Assembly: GCA_964016885.1 (NCBI GenBank)
Contig: OZ024742.1
Location: 216,318,001-216,382,000 of the forward strand
Source of the DNA: Eledone cirrhosa
Taxonomy: Eukaryota
Direction: 5' to 3'
Length of the DNA stretch: 64,000 nt
Part shown: piece by piece, positions 56,510-64,000 of the stretch
How positions within the stretch are numbered: the stretch's first letter is position 1
How the letters are laid out: every line of letters begins with the position of its first letter
Translations under genes and position numbers: made by a program
Notes under the pieces: model-generated
Databases searched by the model: none
Told to the model about the DNA's origin: nothing
The model's input: the letters and a program-made list of their open reading frames with translations, nothing else

Positions 56510-56836
56510 CCAATTGCTGAATATGAGTGAGAAATATGTCATATTTCTAATAGTACTAGCTACTTTATCTTTAGAGTAAACAGTAGGATCAGGATATCCT
56601 AGTGAGGATCAGCTTTGGAAAAATCCATACAAATAATTCACCAGATTATAAAATCTATGTCTTGGGTTAGAAGAGAAGTTTAAGGCTTGATACAGAATTC
56701 TTTAACGAAGAAAGATTAATCATTCTTCTATCATTCGTCGCTGCGAAAAATGTTTTTCAGCCTCTATATTCAAATAAGACGACGTTCATGACATACTATA
56801 GAACGTAAAAAGTCGCAACTATATGCTTTAAGGCAT

Positions 56837-57259
56837 ACTAGCATAATGGCCCGGCGTTGCTCGGGATTTGCTCTAGTGTTCTTATATATTTGATATATAT
56901 TTATCCTTATCGAGCCTCGTGAAATAAATACGTTTTTCGCAACGACGAATGATAGAGGAATGATTCATATACACACACACACACATATATAGCGTCATAA
57001 TGTCGTAATGTAGACAGACAGATATACAGACATATATTATAAGGGCGCAACTCTAAAAAGAGAAAGACTAAGAATTATAGAGAGAAATCTCTAAATCGCC
57101 TAATGCGGTCCCTAAGGCATAGACAATTTGAAATATCTTTTTCTCAAAACACTCACAGGGCCATAAGTATTATATGTGTAAAGTTTAAAAACAATCGGTT
57201 GGGTGGTACTCGAGTTTTAGGGAGTCAGACAGACAGACATTCTCTGTTATAGATATATA
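56837..57259 (-). mobile_element. Non-autonomous Helitron-like element
   Basis: rc: starts tctataacagagaatgtctgtctgtc, ends with hairpin cccgagcaacgccggg and CTAG|T. The subterminal segment recurs at 50738-50788. Confidence 0.65.
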
Positions 57260-57657
57260 AATAGTTACGGCTTTTTTACTTTCTGAGTTTAAATCCCGCC
57301 AAGGTTAGCTTTGCCTTTCATCCTGAGAGCATTGACAAATTAAAGTACCAGTACTGCTCTGGCGTCTATTCAATCGACTATTCCATCACGCCTTGTGCCA
57401 AAAGTAGAAACAGTAATACTTTTGAAGTGAGTTATTTTACTGCAACACGAGGGCGTTTGTTTGCCGGCATCGGTATGCTTTGCGGCATATAGTTACGGCC
57501 TTTGACAACCTGAGTTCAAATCCCACCAAGGTTAACTTTGCCTTTCACGATTACAGGATCGATAAAATAAAGTATCAGTAATGCATTGGGCTTGATGTAA
57601 TCGATTTTCCCGTCCTAAAAAATGGTCGCCCTTTTGTATAAATCAAAAACTATTATT
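57259..57657 (+). mobile_element. Two adjacent older SINE copies (57259-57417, 57472-57657)
   Basis: ctgagtt(t/c)aaatccc.ccaaggtta.ctttgcctttca in both. Confidence 0.75.
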
Positions 57658-58116
57658 TTACTACAACAATGATAACGTATTATCCCCCCACACACACACA
57701 CCATAAAAATCGAATTGGTTTACAAATATTTCTTAGTTTCAATTAATAATAGATTATTCCATTTGTTATCTACTTAAGAGAAGTAAATATCTTATAACAA
57801 TAAAGAACCAATAGCTAGTGAATTTGTTTATATTGAATATTATATTATATCCATATAGTTTTTAAATATATATTACAGATTGGGCCGAATGGATAGAATA
57901 TTGGATAACCAGGAGATGGTTGGTGGATCATACTCTCTAAATAGTACTGCCGCGTACTCTTGTTTCCGGTCATGAATTGTACAGTTTCCAACAATGTATG
58001 CAGTAGATGCACATCAGGCATTGACAAATGTTGTACTGCCATGCTGTGTCGGTACACACTAGTTCCTTGAATATGAACACAGGGGTTTTATGTCATAATA
58101 TTATACCAGCATAATA

Positions 58117-58292
58117 TAATTGTCTCTACTTTCGGCACAAGGCCAGCAATTTTCCCAGTACGTTATTTTATCGACCCCGTAAGGATGGAAGGCAAAGTTA
58201 AACTGGGCGGAATTTTAACTCAGGCCGCAAAGGGACGTAACTCTATGCCCTAACACATGGCATCCATCCTCTACCGATACTGCCAATCCACA
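58117..58292 (-). mobile_element. tRNA-derived SINE
   Basis: Reverse complement of the family consensus, including the A box. Confidence 0.85.
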
Positions 58293-58419
58293 GCATGATA
58301 TAATACTTAGCCACAAGTATAGAATAGATCTTCAATTCTGCGTTGACGCTTTTTGGTATGTTACCATATATTTGATTCTTAGTATTTATGTTTGTATATG
58401 TGTATATCATCTTGTGTGT

Positions 58420-58472
<53 letters not shown>

Positions 58473-60390
58473 AGCAGTGGTTCATTCGAATACTAAAGCG
58501 TTGTTTCACAATCATGATATGCTCGATTCCATATCACCCTGCGCCATGTTGGGTAAATTATTTTTAATAAAGTCACGAATCCAGCTATATTTTTTTTCAT
58601 TGAAACTGGATACTTGGTAACTGTACGCAAACGTGATGGGGTGACTGTATCAGGAATTTAAAGGTCCAGTCTTGTCATAGAAATTCACACACTGTGTCTG
58701 CCTAGAGAGTTGGCTCAAGGTAGAAAAATAAATATGACATTCAGGCATGTATACTATGGTACACTTAATAGGTAGATCTGTTGGTCGAACTAGAAGCCTG
58801 GAAATAACGCAACGTGATTTGAGTCAATATTTCTCCATGACTATGATTACACAAATATTATATGAATGTCATGTGATAGTATAATGACAGATTGTTTCCC
58901 TAATCAGCCTGTGCTCAATATATTTTGCCTTACCATTTGCTAATTAAATAAAAACTAAATTGAGTCAGCAGGAATTTAAGCTTGTAATAAATATCATGGA
59001 GCATTAAACTGGGTTGCCCTACATAAAGATTATAGCTAAACAGAGGGTGAGACCCTAGAAAAAGAAATATTCAGGCTAGAGTTGAATTGAACATTTGGAT
59101 TCTCTTTTGTTTTTGTGAGTTTGTTTTTCTGAATTTCATCTTGGTCTGAAAACTACATAACAAATATCACATCTTTCTTTCTCGTTCTCTCTCTCTCTGA
59201 CTCTATACACAAATTGTCATTGTTTTTGTGTCTTCCGTTGTTATATATATATAATTGTTTCTACTTCAGGCACAAGCTAATGTATGTGATTCGGTGATAC
59301 CAATGTGAGCGCTCGATACACAGAGTGCGTATGTATATATATATGAAGTTTATTACAAAAATAGCTTCTATAGGACTAGAACTGTAGATCCTATTCTGTG
59401 TGTGTGTGGTTACCCCTCATTGAGCCCGGGACTTATATATATATATATATATATATATATCGTTACTAACAAATTTCACAAGCGATTCGTATCGTTTCAT
59501 GGACTTTAAAATTATATTTCGTCTTTTGCACTGATCTTCGCCATCATAGCATATGGGCTCCATACTTTCTTAACATTGAATAAACTTCTCTAATAATCTG
59601 AGATTTAGGACACGGTGTATGATCTTAACTGTTTATAATTATAGGAATGGATTAGTGTTAATATGCTCAAGGCTCTTGCCACAAATAAATCAATAACACT
59701 CAACCTATATATCCAATCATTCGCAGCTTTGCACACAACGTCTGTAACTTCGAAATTGGCTGATTGGAACGACTTTTCTTGTATTGTTGTCGTTGTTGGT
59801 TGTGGTGGTGGTGATGTTGTTGGTGGCGGTTCTGTTGCTGCTACTGCTAAAAGCGATGTTATCCTTGATTTTTTGTTGAATTATTTTAATTTTGTTGAAT
59901 AAATGATAGCTAGAATATGTTTCGTCTGTTATTATTATTTCTTATTTTTGTTATGTCTTTTTTTAATTTAGTTCACGCACCGTTCAGTTATTAGCAGTAA
60001 AGATTTTTCTAATTGTTTTCTATTGCTATTATATTGTAGACTTCCAATCAATGCTGTTGTGGGTTTCGAAAACATTATTTTTTATGAAACAAGTTGTTGA
60101 ATAGATCGATTCTCTCCTCATATCTTAAGAGCCAATCGTTATTTTATAGATAGTTTTTTAATTCAGTTATTTTTTTAAGTTGCACAGTCTCTGTTATTTC
60201 TTTTTTTTTTCAGACTTTCGTATATCATTTTTCAATGTATTAGGCTTCTATACTTACATATGTTTCTTAAGTACCTATAAGTACTATACAATCCAAGTTA
60301 TTATTACCAAAAATTTATTCATAAGTAGCAATTTAAGCCTGAGACATACAAAAAGCTTATAGATATTGCTTTCAACACACATGCTCGTAA

Positions 60391-60485
<95 letters not shown>

Positions 60486-60585
60486 AATATATATGTGTAT
60501 ATACATATACGTGTATTTATGCACGTCCATACATGCACACACACACACATACACACATATATATGTATATACATACATACATACA

Positions 60586-60656
<71 letters not shown>

Positions 60657-60884
60657 CTGTGTGTGTGTGTATATATTTATATATATATATACCAGTTATA
60701 GATGGAATTTGGGCACTGCGGAGAAACTGTCTGAACGAAACTTTTCAGCATAATTGTATATATGTGATTCACATAACTCTTCATCCTTTATGTTAAAGGT
60801 AATGTTGGGAATAGTTTCTTAGTTCTTTTAGGTACGCATTTCCCTGTCAGTCGCCAATGAAGAACCCCAGGGTTATTCTGTCTC

Positions 60885-61522
60885 AACCGAGAATGCAATG
60901 CGATATCTGTGATATATGAGACTGATGTTGACCTAATCAGAAAAACAGTGGGTGGTCAAAACCTCCGAGGAAATGTTGGAAAGCCGATTTAAAAACCATT
61001 TCCTAAGCCACGAGGTGACCGTCACATATCCGGGGAAAAAATTAAGCACTAAATTCGCAAGTCAATTGTGGACCATTAAAGACATTTGCGCAAATGGAAG
61101 ATTTTAGAAAACCTCTGATCCTATAACAATAGCTTAAAAAGATGTCAGTGATAGAGCGGAAAGATGGAATATACTGGCAATTCTGTCTGGAAATGAGAGC
61201 AGATTTTTCATCGCTATCCCACACCCACAATTATATTTTTAAGAACTTGAATAGTCCACGTTTAACAGATTTAAACCACATGTAAATTCCACGTTTCTCA
61301 GATATAGAGTGCTATCCCAGTTTTCCATACAATTATCAAATTAAACTAGACTATATTACATAAAATATATATAACTCATGATAACATACGAACAGTTCTA
61401 GTCCAGTAGAAGTCATTTCAATATATATTTGGCGTAGACATTACAATACAATAGGAGGGAACATAATAGTACCACTGATGAGGTTGCAGATGTGCAACGA
61501 AAGAACTTTGATAGACTATATA
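60885..61522 (+). mobile_element. Decayed Naiad-type GIY-YIG fragment with 3' HHR
   Basis: ISVIYETDV..EEMLESRFKNHFLS..LSTKFASQLWTIKD..KWKILE..YNNSLKRCQ..PHP. Ends at (TA)n. Confidence 0.7.
61467..61519 (+). ncRNA. Minimal hammerhead ribozyme
   Basis: tagtacca-CTGATGA-g gttgca gatg tgcaac-GAAAG-aa-CTT-tgatagacta. Confidence 0.65.
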
Positions 61523-61526
61523 TATA

Positions 61527-61810
61527 TACGATATTAATAAATGGAAACTATATTTATAAAACCATATCTATTTCATTATACATATTTCAGGGATACCAAA
61601 TTAAAATATGGTATGCCTTCATCAGACAAAATACAATATATAAACAGTTTTATAAATAATTTTGACGTACCCTATTAAATGCAACCATTATTTTTGGAAG
61701 CTGTCTGGATATCGTATATCTACTCCAAAAACTTGTCGAGTGCTTTATATCAGTTATAAAATATTTACTTGTTGTATCCCAACAATTTTAAATAGAACTT
61801 TTGCATATAT
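61527..61810 (-). mobile_element. PLE-end remnant with HHR (61569-61633) joined to an oppositely oriented tail; six-copy family
   Basis: rc: tattttgt-CTGATGA-agg c atacca..tggtat c cct-GAAAT-atgt-ATA-atgaaata. Confidence 0.82.
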
Positions 61811-62598
61811 ATATATATTTATATCTGTATTCTTAACCGCTGGTCAATCAACGATAAACATTGATTGCCAAATAAAGTAACTATGGAGATATAAATGATA
61901 CAGAAACAAAAACCAACCAAACATTGAGTGTGTTCTGTTATTATTATATCTGGCAATATTACAACAATATGACCCTCCCCAAGTATAACAATATTTCGAC
62001 ACACGATTTCATAAACCTTGCAAAAAAAAGTTATATTTACATATATATATATATGTGTGTGTGTATACAGAGAGAGAGAGAGAGAGAGAGATGGGGGGAG
62101 AGAGCGAGTGATGGAAAGAGAGAGGGGGGGGACAGAGAGAATTAATATATGAAAAAACAAATAAACACGGCAATGCAAAAATACATAGTTATATTATGTG
62201 CATGCTTCATTGGGAAAGTTTGGAGAGAACAAGGAGGTGTAGCAGCTGTGGGTGAAGGTTTGCAAAGGGAGTTAGGAAAACGGCGTTGGAGAGGAGAAAG
62301 ATGTATAGGGGGAGATAGGCATCAGAGTTCAATATAGATTGTGTATACACACCGGTATGTATGTGTATGTATATCAGTGAGTTTTGCGTATGTTTGTGCA
62401 TGTGAGTGTGAGTGGGCGTGGGGACGCTTTACTGTTGTTTCTATGTATGTGAGTGTGTATTATTGTGTCTGTGTGTAATATCAGGTGTATGTAGAATTTG
62501 TGTGTGTGAGTGTATTTACACGTGGGTATGTGTAGTTGATTCTTTTATTGTTTCTATGTGTGTATGTGTGTACGTTTGTGTGTGTGTATGTGTGTGTA

Positions 62599-62632
<34 letters not shown>

Positions 62633-63255
62633 GTTTCGGAGTTGTATATATATATATATATATATACATGGGCATGCATTTGGTGTTATATGTATGTGTG
62701 CAAGTATGGACACATATATATATATATCCCATAAACAACATTTTTCTCACGTTCCAAAGATTTTACGATAGGGAAACGTTTTTGCAAATGCTGTTGAATT
62801 TTATGGGTATAAGCACAATTTGTATGTCTCGTTATACACTTCTACTATTATTTTCCATTTTCTTTTAAACGGTGGACGATAATGCAGTATCTGATGCTTC
62901 TATCTCCCACGGGGAGCTTTAAAATTCAAACAAATAGAATAATGCTTAGAAAACACTCATAAATATCACTCATAAAAATTCATATCAAATGTATTCTAAG
63001 TGTCAGGAGATATTGAAGATCAGGCAAAAAAAATGTTTGGTCGTTGGCGTCATCAAGTCTAAGATGTACTCTGAACGTTTGGCGCCCGCCACAATTACCG
63101 AGAGATAACTACTACACACTACACACTACACACATGTGAATAATCGGGCTATGCATGAACAAGATTTTCTCATTACAGTCCAGTTAATCTCTTTCCAGAA
63201 GATAATGCGAGGTGTAATACTCTGTGTGTGGGGGGGGGGGGGTACTATAATGTGT

Positions 63256-63315
<60 letters not shown>

Positions 63316-63810
63316 ATCAGTGTATGTGTGGGTGGGTGTGCGTAGCTCTGTGTAAGCTTAAATATCAGCAATCTATAATATATCATTTCCTCCTCAAAAC
63401 CATATGCCTGGCCAATGTGGATGAACGCTCCCTGGCGTGCAGGACCCCAAGCTCTATTCATCCCATGCACCTATTGGACAGAATAGGGAAAGCGGTAAAT
63501 TTGAAAGCTAGTAAGAGAGACGCGTTGAAATAACAATTTCAAATTGTGGGGCACACATCTTCCTTTGATCAACTTCCACAATTTATCGATCGTTTTGGCG
63601 TTTATTGAACCGGCTAGAAATATTAGTCAATTCTTTAATAAATCATACCTTAGCATCTTATGAATCAGGCATATTAGCTAATATAGTCCTGTTCGCATGT
63701 TCGAATAATAGACGGGGTAGCCACGGCTAGAATGCCTTCATTGTTGATCATTTTAATAGAGATTGAGACTTGTGGCAACAGACTACAACAACAGCAACAA
63801 ACCGCCGTTG

Positions 63811-63897
<87 letters not shown>

Positions 63898-64000
63898 TAT
63901 TGTTAAGTATAAATCGCATGAGTTTTGAGACGGTAATCTGAGAGATCACGTATATGTTTGCATAACTCTCAACCATTGAGTCAGATTGGGATTATTATTA

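Overview
This is a gene-poor, very AT-rich eukaryotic window saturated with (TA)n/(CA)n/(GA)n microsatellites. Its SINE, RTE and Penelope content suggests a mollusc, probably an octopus (inference). No intact host gene is supported, and almost all ORFs in the track are microsatellite artefacts. The recognisable coding sequence belongs to mobile elements. Penelope-like elements (PLEs) include one near-intact Neptune-type RT+GIY-YIG element with ~975-bp direct pseudo-LTRs (18888-23012), a second Neptune-type relic, and four Naiad-type relics. There are also RTE, CRE-like and Tx1-like LINE fragments, bipartite RTE-derived non-autonomous elements, a tRNA-derived SINE family, and Helitron pieces. 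About 20 hammerhead ribozyme (HHR) motifs can be read by eye, mostly in short PLE 3'-end remnants abutting (TA)n. They include a family with compensatory stem II changes and a U3-A8 core variant. The most unusual signal is a three-copy element at 9975-10870 carrying all three HHR core strands in an order (cleavage strand, GAAA, CUGAUGA) that fits none of types I, II or III, so it is a candidate pseudoknotted, permuted hammerhead. A second recurring theme is snap-back inverted duplications at natural hairpins, seen in both PLE remnants and SINEs. All calls are by eye; clade names come from recalled motifs, not database searches.
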